A stretch of DNA of 64,000 nucleotides from a virus. Of this stretch, positions 46,107 through 55,320 are shown in pieces. The position numbers and the translations under genes were made by a program. Positions within the stretch are counted from its first letter, which is position 1. The number at the start of each line of letters is the position of its first letter. The notes below the pieces were generated by a model. It did no database searches, was not told the DNA's origin, and saw nothing but the letters and a program-made list of their open reading frames with translations. The stretch is from IMG/VR virus record IMGVR_UViG_3300020048_000014, positions 32,001 through 96,000 of that record; one strand, written 5' to 3'.

Positions 46107-47090
46107 ATGAGAGAACGAGACATTACTTCTATCGGAGATATTTATGGCAAAATGCTTAATACTGTTAGGACTATTAAGGAATCTAAAGCACCTAAAACCT
46201 TTGACGGGGAATTCCGTTCGAAGAAACGAAAGGATGGTCCTGAATCTGCTGATGGTTATAATAAAGCTGAAAATAAAAAAGCTGGAGAATATAATGAAGA
46301 AGAAGACGAAGAGGATGATGTCTCGAAATATCTTCCTAAATCAAAAATGGAAAAATCTTCTAATAAATTGAAGGAAAAATTAAAAAATCCCAACATCACA
46401 GACAAGGATAAAAAGATTATTACTAAGTCTTTAAAAAATCTTGAGTCTGGTATGGAAAATTCTGAATCAGAAGAAATTCAAGAATCTAAAAAAATTGCAA
46501 CAAAAATACTAAATAAGCATATGAGCAAATCAGCTTTCGACACACTATTCAATAAAGTTCTCAAAGAAAACTTCGGTCAATCCCAAGAAGGCGACGATCT
46601 CGATGCCCTTGGTCTTGATGATTCCACTCCAGATGCCGACATGGGCGATGATTTTGGAGGAGATGAAGATTTCGGAGGTGAAGAAGATTCAGTAACATTT
46701 ACACTTGATCGTGCGACCGCACAAACCCTCATTGACGTTCTCCAAGGTTCTCTTGGCGGGGAAGATGAAGGAGAAGATGAAGGAGAAGGCGAAGATGACC
46801 TAGATTTCGGTGGAGAAGATGATGACTTTGGCGGTGAGGATGATGGTATGGACTTCGAAGAAGACGAAGAAGAAGGAACCAAACCTGCTCCTGATAAGAA
46901 AGCTGCTTTCCAAGCTAAGTCTAATAAAGTTGGTGGTCACGCCAATCCAAAGGGTAAGAAGACCGCTAAAACCGACGTAACTGATGAAACTGGCACTAAG
47001 ACCACTACTCCATCATTTGCTGCCCTACAAGGCAAGTCGAATCAAGTTCCCGGTTCGACTCTAAAGGCTAAAGCACAGTATTTCCAATAA
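46107..47090 (+). CDS. highly acidic late protein (scaffold/core-like, tentative)
   Basis: Asp/Glu/Gly-rich middle; TAAATA upstream. Confidence 0.6.
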   Translation: MRERDITSIGDIYGKMLNTVRTIKESKAPKTFDGEFRSKKRKDGPESADGYNKAENKKAGEYNEEEDEEDDVSKYLPKSKMEKSSNKLKEKLKNPNITDKDKKIITKSLKNLESGMENSESEEIQESKKIATKILNKHMSKSAFDTLFNKVLKENFGQSQEGDDLDALGLDDSTPDADMGDDFGGDEDFGGEEDSVTFTLDRATAQTLIDVLQGSLGGEDEGEDEGEGEDDLDFGGEDDDFGGEDDGMDFEEDEEEGTKPAPDKKAAFQAKSNKVGGHANPKGKKTAKTDVTDETGTKTTTPSFAALQGKSNQVPGSTLKAKAQYFQ

Positions 47091-47124
47091 TACTTAAATA
47101 AAATTCAACAATCAAAAAAGCCTG
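47081..47124 (+). repeat. 44-bp direct repeat, copy 1
   Basis: TTTCCAATAATACTTAAATAAAATTCAACAATCAAAAAAGCCTG, identical at 49412-49455. Confidence 0.95.
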
Positions 47125-47144
47125 CCTAAACAGCGGGCTTTTTT
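47115..47144 (+). terminator. intrinsic terminator
   Basis: AAAAAAGCCTGC...GCGGGCTTTTTT. Confidence 0.7.
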
Positions 47145-47166
47145 GTTTTTAGATTAAATAATATCA

Positions 47167-48846
47167 GTGAAACCTTTTAAAGATTTTTTCAATGAAACAA
47201 ATTTGCACATCTTAAATGAGAGAATATATGGAAACACAGGATGGGTATATCATAGAACAAGAACTAATCCCGAAAATAGTGATATCGTAAAATTTGGTAT
47301 AAATACAACTCTTAATACTAGTGCTATGTATGGCACTGGATTCTACACTACATATAACATAGAAGATCAAAATAGAGATAGAATGAAGGCTATATATGGA
47401 AAATATATAGTAAAGGGTAAGATTAATCTATCTAATTTCGTAATATTGGATAGACCAATATTTGATATGTTGAATATGAATACTACATTTGAAAAATATC
47501 TGGAAAATATTTACAGCCTGTTGCCCTCATATGTTTATCAGGTTGAAAATAAACACAAATTTGAAAATGATTCTGACGACCCGGATGATCGACCGTATCG
47601 AAGAACGTCACAAATAGCTCGTGATTTTTGGAAACAATTTAAAAAAAATGGATACCGTGGAATAATATTCACCGGAGCATTGGATGGTCATGTCGCGGTC
47701 ATTTGGGATAGACAGTCATTCATCCCTAGCTCATATTCGACAGATGATGGATCTTCTTGGGTGAAACTGAAATCAGATATCAGATACATATATAGACCCA
47801 TTGACGAATTGACTGAATATGATCCACAAAAACATAACGAAAAAACAAACAATCAGCTAACATCCAAGCTTCCAAAATCTATACGGGGTGTGTTAGGTAA
47901 TGTTAAAGAATCACTCCGCTACATAAAAACTCATTCAGATCTTTCTGGAAAAATTAAAAATATATTATTACATGAAATATCCAAAGATCCAGAATCCGCT
48001 ATAAAGATAGCAGTTGAAGAATTTCAAGGAGTCGATGTCCCGCCCATAATATTACATAATATAGGCAGAAAAATATATACATATATAGAGTTTTTATTAA
48101 GAAACAATCTACCCGTCGCAAACGAAGTTATTTCTGTGATGGGTGGACTGGATGATTCGCTTGTATCGGTATATATTGATAAATTAATAAATTCCGGCGT
48201 CAGCTTCAACCATTCAATTTTATCAAAGATTGATAATGTGCAGAGAGTCATTCGATATATAAACATCTTCATACAGCGAGGGGGAGAAATTCCTCACGTA
48301 TTATATACAAAAATTGGACAATCTAAAGAATATAAATATATTTCTGATTTATTATTGAACGATAAAATTGATCACGATTTATTGTCTCAATATATACCAT
48401 CGAATTCAATGGCATGGGTTTATTATTATCATGCTACTAAATCAGATCCTAACAAAATACCCAAAAATATATTAATCAAGTTATTGGAAAATGGTATAAT
48501 GGCGGAAGAAATACGTGATCCGTTTGATGCTGTACGCTATGTCGAAAAATATTCTGATATTTCGACTATTAGAGGTGTTATATTTAAACTTATATCGACC
48601 GAACCAGATGCGGCGATGATTTGTGTATCATATCTTCTCCACAACAATAAAGATGTTCCAAACATATTATGGAAATCTATAATCGATAATGCTTTATTGG
48701 CTAAAATGTTCGCAACGGAAGATGATATACCATACTCTAAAATACCCGTCGAGTGGAAACAGAAATTAATAGATGGGGGTATGGGGTGGATATTTGAGTC
48801 AAATGGACGAAAATTTGATAAACTCTTTAAAGATTTTTTTTTATGA
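47167..48846 (+). CDS. putative virion-packaged protein with N-terminal ADP-ribosyltransferase-like domain
   Basis: GTG start; VYHRT...MYGTGFYTT...YGKYI ART-like pattern; helical C-terminus. Confidence 0.55.
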   Translation: MKPFKDFFNETNLHILNERIYGNTGWVYHRTRTNPENSDIVKFGINTTLNTSAMYGTGFYTTYNIEDQNRDRMKAIYGKYIVKGKINLSNFVILDRPIFDMLNMNTTFEKYLENIYSLLPSYVYQVENKHKFENDSDDPDDRPYRRTSQIARDFWKQFKKNGYRGIIFTGALDGHVAVIWDRQSFIPSSYSTDDGSSWVKLKSDIRYIYRPIDELTEYDPQKHNEKTNNQLTSKLPKSIRGVLGNVKESLRYIKTHSDLSGKIKNILLHEISKDPESAIKIAVEEFQGVDVPPIILHNIGRKIYTYIEFLLRNNLPVANEVISVMGGLDDSLVSVYIDKLINSGVSFNHSILSKIDNVQRVIRYINIFIQRGGEIPHVLYTKIGQSKEYKYISDLLLNDKIDHDLLSQYIPSNSMAWVYYYHATKSDPNKIPKNILIKLLENGIMAEEIRDPFDAVRYVEKYSDISTIRGVIFKLISTEPDAAMICVSYLLHNNKDVPNILWKSIIDNALLAKMFATEDDIPYSKIPVEWKQKLIDGGMGWIFESNGRKFDKLFKDFFL

Positions 48847-49360
48847 AAATATCCATCTAATAGATAAAAATAAAGATATCCTTGATGATGTTACAGATGA
48901 AAAAATCGGAGAAGAGAAATACAAAGAATTTAACATAGATTTTGATGATGGTGGGAGGGCATATGGTAAAATTCAAAACGGAATTGCTTATATAGCTGGT
49001 ATACAATCACCCAAAATTGATATCTTGACTCCAAGAAGAGGAACTAAAACTTATCAGAGAGTTTTAAAACTTTTATCTAAAAACGGAATTAATACTATTA
49101 AAATTGATATTCAAAGTAAAGACTCTAGAATAGCTATTGATCATTTACTTAAAAAAAATGTTTTAATAAATCCCAGAGAAATGACCGGATTGAGTATTGA
49201 TCAATACCCTAGAAAATTTGATATAAATTATGATAAATTGATGTTAGAATATCGTCATAATCTTGCCGATGGAACCCCCGCGCCTTCTCTCCAAGCACAT
49301 AATGGTAAAAATCCAAATATTTTAGATAAGAAGAATCTACATACTATCGGGCCATATTGA
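48773..49360 (+). CDS. hypothetical protein (start uncertain; GNAT-like region tentative)
   Basis: Shares HNxADGTP...GPY tail with 49492..50037. Confidence 0.6.
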   Translation: MGVWGGYLSQMDENLINSLKIFFYENIHLIDKNKDILDDVTDEKIGEEKYKEFNIDFDDGGRAYGKIQNGIAYIAGIQSPKIDILTPRRGTKTYQRVLKLLSKNGINTIKIDIQSKDSRIAIDHLLKKNVLINPREMTGLSIDQYPRKFDINYDKLMLEYRHNLADGTPAPSLQAHNGKNPNILDKKNLHTIGPY

Positions 49361-49411
49361 AAAAAGGTAGTTACTGACACGTTCATCCAATACATGACAA
49401 CTGAGCAAGGG

Positions 49412-49455
49412 TTTCCAATAATACTTAAATAAAATTCAACAATCAAAAAAGCCTG
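49412..49455 (+). repeat. 44-bp direct repeat, copy 2
   Basis: Identical to 47081-47124. Confidence 0.95.
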
Positions 49456-49477
49456 TCCTAATCGACAGGCTTTTTTT
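49445..49477 (+). terminator. intrinsic terminator
   Basis: AAAAAAGCCTGTC-N6-GACAGGCTTTTTTT. Confidence 0.75.
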
Positions 49478-49491
49478 ATTAAATATTTATA

Positions 49492-50037
49492 ATGAAATCT
49501 TTTAAAGCATTTTTCTATGAGAATCTAAACAATGAAATAGATCCAAATACACCATACATAGTAATTGATAAAAAAACTAAAGAAATAGTTTGGAGAGGAA
49601 CTTATAGTAAACGTGATATTGCTCGGAGAGTAGTAGATAGACGAGACAATGCTTATGGTGGATATAGATTTATCGCAAGAATTGCTAAACCTGAAGAGAT
49701 ATTGAAGGAATATGCTCACAATAATGCAGATGGAACACCTAAACAAACATTAAAGGCTCATAATGGTAAAGGTGGTGGTGCGAATATAGGATTGGATGCC
49801 AAATATCAACATACTGTCGGACCCTATCAGAAAAAGGTAGAAAAATTGAATGTTGTAAATAGTATTCTTACATTTCCTGAATTAGAGGATGCTGGTATTA
49901 AAGATATTATGAATATTAAACTTCCTATTATTTTTAAAAATGTTAAGAACAGTAAGGCAGATGTTCAGATTTTCAAGAATCAAAAAGGAATGATTGTCGG
50001 TAAAGTTATTAAACCATCCCCCGGTCTGGGTAAATAA
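49492..50037 (+). CDS. putative internal/virion protein
   Basis: MKSFKAFFYE N-terminus; HNNADGTP motif. Confidence 0.7.
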   Translation: MKSFKAFFYENLNNEIDPNTPYIVIDKKTKEIVWRGTYSKRDIARRVVDRRDNAYGGYRFIARIAKPEEILKEYAHNNADGTPKQTLKAHNGKGGGANIGLDAKYQHTVGPYQKKVEKLNVVNSILTFPELEDAGIKDIMNIKLPIIFKNVKNSKADVQIFKNQKGMIVGKVIKPSPGLGK

Positions 50038-50041
50038 TGTT

Positions 50042-50893
50042 ATGGGATGCCCTATTACACCACTATCTTGCCTAGATCCAGTTAATATATTTGCTGGTGT
50101 ATATAATCCTCGATGTGGTGGATTTGCAGATCCTAGTAATTTTCAAGCCGAAAGAGCTATATTCAAAAGCGGTTTTGAAGAACTTATTCAAAACTTTGGA
50201 GTGGAGGCAAACTATTATGTGAATGATTTTAATTTATCTGCGATGAATGTTCTATATGGAGAACATCCAACCCAAGAGTATTCTGGTCCATTTATTATAA
50301 AGGCGTATCTAGAATTAGAAGAAAGTGTGTCACTATCTAGATGGGGGATGGAATCAGATGATGAATTAACTGCTTATATTAGCATTCAGACATTTACCGA
50401 TACTTTTATTCAATATATGACAACCGAACAAGGATTGATCGTAACTGATGCTTATGGTAATTCTCTGACTGTCGATACAATCGCTCTTAATTTTTTCAGA
50501 GATAATGGGCAAAGAATAGAACCAAAATCAGATGATTTGATGGAGATAACTGCTCTTGGATGCGATAGACCGGGGGATAGAGGATCTAAAATATTTAGGA
50601 TAACTGAAGTTCTTGATCAGAGTGTTAGCTCTGGTATTAATCCAATGATGGGACATTATATATGGAAGATAACCGCAAAACGTTATGAGTCTGATGGTTC
50701 TACGAATGCGCCTAGCGAAGAAGGGAACGATCAAGTATATGATAATACATTTAGTGGGAAGTTATCATCCGTATTATTCCCTAGTTTAACTGCCGAATCT
50801 AAAGTCTATCCTTTTAACGTTGATCAAATCTCGAAAGAGGAAGTATATGATATGTCGAAAAATGATAATAGTATTTATGGGGAATATTATTAA
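50042..50893 (+). CDS. neck/head-closure protein (gp14-like)
   Basis: VLYGEHPTQEY, WGMESDDELT, PKSDDLM, GHYIWKITAKRYE. Confidence 0.75.
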   Translation: MGCPITPLSCLDPVNIFAGVYNPRCGGFADPSNFQAERAIFKSGFEELIQNFGVEANYYVNDFNLSAMNVLYGEHPTQEYSGPFIIKAYLELEESVSLSRWGMESDDELTAYISIQTFTDTFIQYMTTEQGLIVTDAYGNSLTVDTIALNFFRDNGQRIEPKSDDLMEITALGCDRPGDRGSKIFRITEVLDQSVSSGINPMMGHYIWKITAKRYESDGSTNAPSEEGNDQVYDNTFSGKLSSVLFPSLTAESKVYPFNVDQISKEEVYDMSKNDNSIYGEYY

Positions 50894-52992
50894 TCTATTA
50901 ACTCCAACATTTGATATAATGTGTCCATGCTCATATGTTTAAATGTATCGTTATTAATATCATCAATTGAAATAGTTGTTTTATTGTTATTAAAATCAAT
51001 AATTCCTCCTATCGGAGTATTATCATATTGTTCAACATATTCAAAAAATAAATAATATTTTTCTATATCAGAGAAATTAACAATATCTGGTAATACTAAT
51101 GGCCATCCCCAATCTTGGCTATAAGATGATAGTGGATATGTTGATGATAGTGGTTGATACGTGTTTAATAAAGTATATACATTTGAAAATTTCTCCAATG
51201 CTACAATCGGAGTATTGGAGTTTACTATATATGTCATACTATCTATCTTATCTCCTATATTAATACCATATTCCTCTTTCGTAGTTCTTCCTCGTATATC
51301 GAAATTTTCTCTAAATTTATTAGTTACACCAGTAAGTTTAAATTTATCTATCGAACCCAAATTGACCAATCTCTTAATCTTTTCTGGATATGTATATCGT
51401 TCTTCTCCCTTATCATTATATCCAATAAATTGTCCTAACGAATCCAAGAAATCCAATTCACACGAATCAATATCTTGAATATTTTGAGTAAAATTAGATA
51501 TTTTTTCATATATTTTAACCCCAAGAGCTTCGTGATCAGATTCAGAATTTCCTAATACATTACCCAGAAAATCTTCAAATAGAACATTTTTATCCAATAA
51601 GGTTTCTTGAAATCTCAAGTCCATTAATGTTGTTTGTGGATCAAAATCTTCATTTATTTTCCATATATCATAATAATTTATATCCGAAATATTAAATTTG
51701 TTGGAAATTGTATTCAATTCGTAAAAAATTGATTGATCATTAATAAATGATCCAGATATTTTAATATAAATATTTGATAGATAATCTTCATCTGAATGTG
51801 GAAATTTAATACATCCCCTAAATGATCCCGTATGAACATAGCTCGATAAAGTATCGTTGATAGACATTATTTCATATTTCGAAGGATCTATAATCACATT
51901 ACTGTCCGTATATACTGAAATATCTAATGATGATAACTGAATTATTGGAAAATTTTTAACCGATGTATTGAGCGAATCCTTTATTTTAACTACAAACGGA
52001 ATTTTACTATCGAAAAATTTAATATCCGATATTAGAAAAGATGATATTGGATAATACTCACCATCTAATCCAGATGATGTTATGGATAATCTTTCCACAT
52101 TATCATTTTCTATTATTTGATATTTTAAATCTATACCCAATGTATTAAAATATTGAGGATTTATATATTGATTTCTATCAAATATAATATTATTCGTTTT
52201 ATCGAATTTAAATTGAATAGTAGAACTATCGACTATAGTATCATCTTTAATATATACTGATTTTGAAGCCGAAAGACCGACAAATATTGCTCCTTCGTCT
52301 TTTTTGTCACAGTATATAATAGAATTATTATATACTTTAGCATATAATTCTATAGGATTAAAATCTAATTTCGATATGGGATTAAATTGATAGCTCTCCA
52401 TATAAAAATTATATACCTTTTCATATAGACTATAACTATTTTGTAAGTGGGAAAATTTATTATTTTTAATATCCCAATAATTTAAACTATTCGAACCATC
52501 GACAGTATAGTATATAGACGAAGCATTTTGATAATTTGGGTAATAAGAATTCACTATCAATTCATTAGAAAACTGACCATTTTTTATAATTAAATTGGGT
52601 TCGTTTACTAAAATATATGATCCATCCTCTGTTAACATGTAGTAACCATCTTCAGTCAATAAGTAAGATATTGAATCTATGGATATATTAAAAGTAAATG
52701 GTATAAAATTATAAACTTCTATCTGTTTATTGAATGTTGATATCATTGCATTAGTATCGCAATCATATACAATTAATGACACATTATATATTCCGGGAAA
52801 TTTATAAGTTTTTAATGCTGAAATATTTCTTGATGTTGTATTATCTCCAAAATCCCATACGACTCTACGAGATAATTGATCGGATATATCAGGAACAAAT
52901 AATAGTGGGGCTATTTCAATACAATATGTGGACAATGCGTCCGTATTTTTGTAATCGATAGATCTAAATGTCGTGAAAGTAGTTTTATTCAT
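50890..52992 (-). CDS. baseplate wedge protein with N-terminal PKD-like domain (gp7-like, tentative)
   Basis: VVWDFGDNT...YKFPGIYNVSL; LLTEDGYYMLTEDG; next to gp6. Confidence 0.55.
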   Translation of the reverse strand: MNKTTFTTFRSIDYKNTDALSTYCIEIAPLLFVPDISDQLSRRVVWDFGDNTTSRNISALKTYKFPGIYNVSLIVYDCDTNAMISTFNKQIEVYNFIPFTFNISIDSISYLLTEDGYYMLTEDGSYILVNEPNLIIKNGQFSNELIVNSYYPNYQNASSIYYTVDGSNSLNYWDIKNNKFSHLQNSYSLYEKVYNFYMESYQFNPISKLDFNPIELYAKVYNNSIIYCDKKDEGAIFVGLSASKSVYIKDDTIVDSSTIQFKFDKTNNIIFDRNQYINPQYFNTLGIDLKYQIIENDNVERLSITSSGLDGEYYPISSFLISDIKFFDSKIPFVVKIKDSLNTSVKNFPIIQLSSLDISVYTDSNVIIDPSKYEIMSINDTLSSYVHTGSFRGCIKFPHSDEDYLSNIYIKISGSFINDQSIFYELNTISNKFNISDINYYDIWKINEDFDPQTTLMDLRFQETLLDKNVLFEDFLGNVLGNSESDHEALGVKIYEKISNFTQNIQDIDSCELDFLDSLGQFIGYNDKGEERYTYPEKIKRLVNLGSIDKFKLTGVTNKFRENFDIRGRTTKEEYGINIGDKIDSMTYIVNSNTPIVALEKFSNVYTLLNTYQPLSSTYPLSSYSQDWGWPLVLPDIVNFSDIEKYYLFFEYVEQYDNTPIGGIIDFNNNKTTISIDDINNDTFKHMSMDTLYQMLELID

Positions 52993-54796
52993 CTATTACT
53001 TGAATTCTACTGGAAATAGTTAAGGGGTTATATATATAAGGAAATTTATAATACGGTAATGTAATAGTTTGATTAATTATGGATTCATCCACATCATCAA
53101 ATAATGGATTCCACATAATAAAAGAAATTCCATCGAAATATATTTTTTCTATTTCATTATATGTTCTGATTTTTTTAACACCAGCTATCTTAGATATTTT
53201 CGATGTTATGTCCGATATATCCAAAATTTGTCCCAATGTTATATTTTTCGGATCAAAGTAATTTAATATTGCATTAACCACATTACTTTTTATGGTTTCT
53301 TTGTTTATATTATCGTTAGTATTTTTAGTAATGATTAATTTACAATTATTATAAATGTTTTTAGTAGGTTTACTTATAGTGGTTCCTATATCTAACGCCA
53401 TATATAGTGGATCTCTTGGGACTATAGTGGCATTCATCATTTTCTTATCTTTGGTTATGTCCTTTATCAATGTTTTAAAATTATTATTCACAAAAGCTGG
53501 ATATTCACCATCCATCGTATTGACAAATCTAGGAACACAAAAAATATTGATATTATTGAAATCACAAGAGTCTGCGAAATTTACTTGATTTAATATAACC
53601 CTATTTACTTTATTTGGGTCTACACAAATCTCATAAAAATAATTAATATATCCAGTTATAAATGATGTATTATCTACAACCTTTACATCATTTAGAACAT
53701 TGGGAATAGTCTTTTTCAAAAACCTTTCATAATCCAATTCGGTCACTAATCGCAATTGATTTGATAGAAATACTGGACTATTTTCTCGGATTTGATCAAC
53801 ACTCTCGCCTTCTTTAATTATAGTAGAATTCGAGGGATTTGAAAATGTTAGATAAGATTTATTACTATCCGTTATTTTATATGAATTAGAACCTTGATTA
53901 ATCTGATCATATATTTCATTAAATTTTAAACTGTTATATGTAAACAGTTTATTGCCATTTATTACATTTTTTGATATTTGCCCTTTGTCTCCGTCACTGA
54001 GAATATAAAATACTTTCACAATATCTTGTGATTCTAATTTTTTCCCGAACACATTATTCCCAAATTTTATTTCATAATGACCGTTCTCGTTTAATCTTAA
54101 ATTATAAACTTTGTCAGTGATTTTAGATAAAAATAAACTATCAACATTATTATATTCGACCCATTTATTATTGATTTTTTCTTTAACATATACACTAATA
54201 GAACCTTGTGATATAAATTTAGTGTTGTTATTTGACACTAAATTATCCACTACAATTGGAAATGTTTCATAGTCATTACCTTCAGCGATATATTCAGGAT
54301 ATTCTCCCACTGTGCCTTGATGCAAAATTGAAGTGTTTGATATACTATCAATACTTTCGGAATCTGAAGTTATTTTCTCAAATATCTGATCGGATATGAA
54401 AGTGTATTGAATACTATCGACTAGGAAATAACTATATTTTTTAATAATATAACTTCCCGGTATTAAATTTTCAGATGCGATACAATCAATAGATATTAAT
54501 GATGTCTGCTTACCAGTTGGATTATAACCAATCAGTTTAACGATTCTATTCATATTTTCATAAATAGATGTTTGTGAAAATGATGATTCTGATGATGTTT
54601 GATTCAAGTAAAACATCAAAACATGGGTATAATATGCTAATATATCTAATAGTGATGATATATTGGACCCTTCATAATTTTGATCGGTAAATTTACCACT
54701 CTCATTCAATCTCTCTATTATAAAAGACTTTAATGATGTCGCATCAAAATTCGTATACGCATTTGAAGGTAAGTTATATTCTGGAGTATTCGCCAT
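52985..54796 (-). CDS. baseplate wedge protein gp6-like
   Basis: FDATSLK, DQNYEGSNISSLLDILAYYTH, YEIKFGNNVFGK, RLVTELDYE. Confidence 0.85.
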   Translation of the reverse strand: MANTPEYNLPSNAYTNFDATSLKSFIIERLNESGKFTDQNYEGSNISSLLDILAYYTHVLMFYLNQTSSESSFSQTSIYENMNRIVKLIGYNPTGKQTSLISIDCIASENLIPGSYIIKKYSYFLVDSIQYTFISDQIFEKITSDSESIDSISNTSILHQGTVGEYPEYIAEGNDYETFPIVVDNLVSNNNTKFISQGSISVYVKEKINNKWVEYNNVDSLFLSKITDKVYNLRLNENGHYEIKFGNNVFGKKLESQDIVKVFYILSDGDKGQISKNVINGNKLFTYNSLKFNEIYDQINQGSNSYKITDSNKSYLTFSNPSNSTIIKEGESVDQIRENSPVFLSNQLRLVTELDYERFLKKTIPNVLNDVKVVDNTSFITGYINYFYEICVDPNKVNRVILNQVNFADSCDFNNINIFCVPRFVNTMDGEYPAFVNNNFKTLIKDITKDKKMMNATIVPRDPLYMALDIGTTISKPTKNIYNNCKLIITKNTNDNINKETIKSNVVNAILNYFDPKNITLGQILDISDITSKISKIAGVKKIRTYNEIEKIYFDGISFIMWNPLFDDVDESIINQTITLPYYKFPYIYNPLTISSRIQVIDE

Positions 54797-54809
54797 CCAA
54801 ATTATTTAA

Positions 54810-55295
54810 TCATAAGATCGTATATCCAACGCTATTCAGTTTAGATTTTATACTTAGCCCTTGTATATCTAGAGATGGGACATCAATCTGTAGTGATATA
54901 TTGTATTGGTTGTTATCTTCATCCGCCTCTACAATTACATTTTTGACATTTATTCGTGGTTCCATGATGGGTAGTTTAGTTTCAATATCATCTTGGATAA
55001 TATCCGATGTGAAATCATCAATCGCTTCAAATAAAAATCTTCTTAAATCTATTCCATATGTAGGTGACAATATTTTATCACCGGGAGAAGTTAAAAATGC
55101 AGTGGCTACACTATTTTTGACTGCTTCTTCATCGAATAATGCCGCAACATCTTTTAAAAATTCCTTTTTATTGAGTTGATTATTATAAGATACATCTTGA
55201 GATAAGTCAAATGATAAATCTTTATATAGATAATCACTTTTCAGAGATTTTTCTGAAAGTTTACCTACCTTTAATGAATTAATTTTTATAGCCAT
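54810..55295 (-). CDS. baseplate wedge subunit gp25-like
   Basis: YKDLSFD, AVKNSV, TSPGDKILSPTYG, EPRI. Confidence 0.9.
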   Translation of the reverse strand: MAIKINSLKVGKLSEKSLKSDYLYKDLSFDLSQDVSYNNQLNKKEFLKDVAALFDEEAVKNSVATAFLTSPGDKILSPTYGIDLRRFLFEAIDDFTSDIIQDDIETKLPIMEPRINVKNVIVEADEDNNQYNISLQIDVPSLDIQGLSIKSKLNSVGYTIL

Positions 55296-55320
55296 AATAT
55301 ATTATTATTTAATATAATGA

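Noticed and set aside
46577-46882. Poly-Ser minus-strand ORF
   Set aside because: Antisense reading of GAA/GAT-rich acidic codons.
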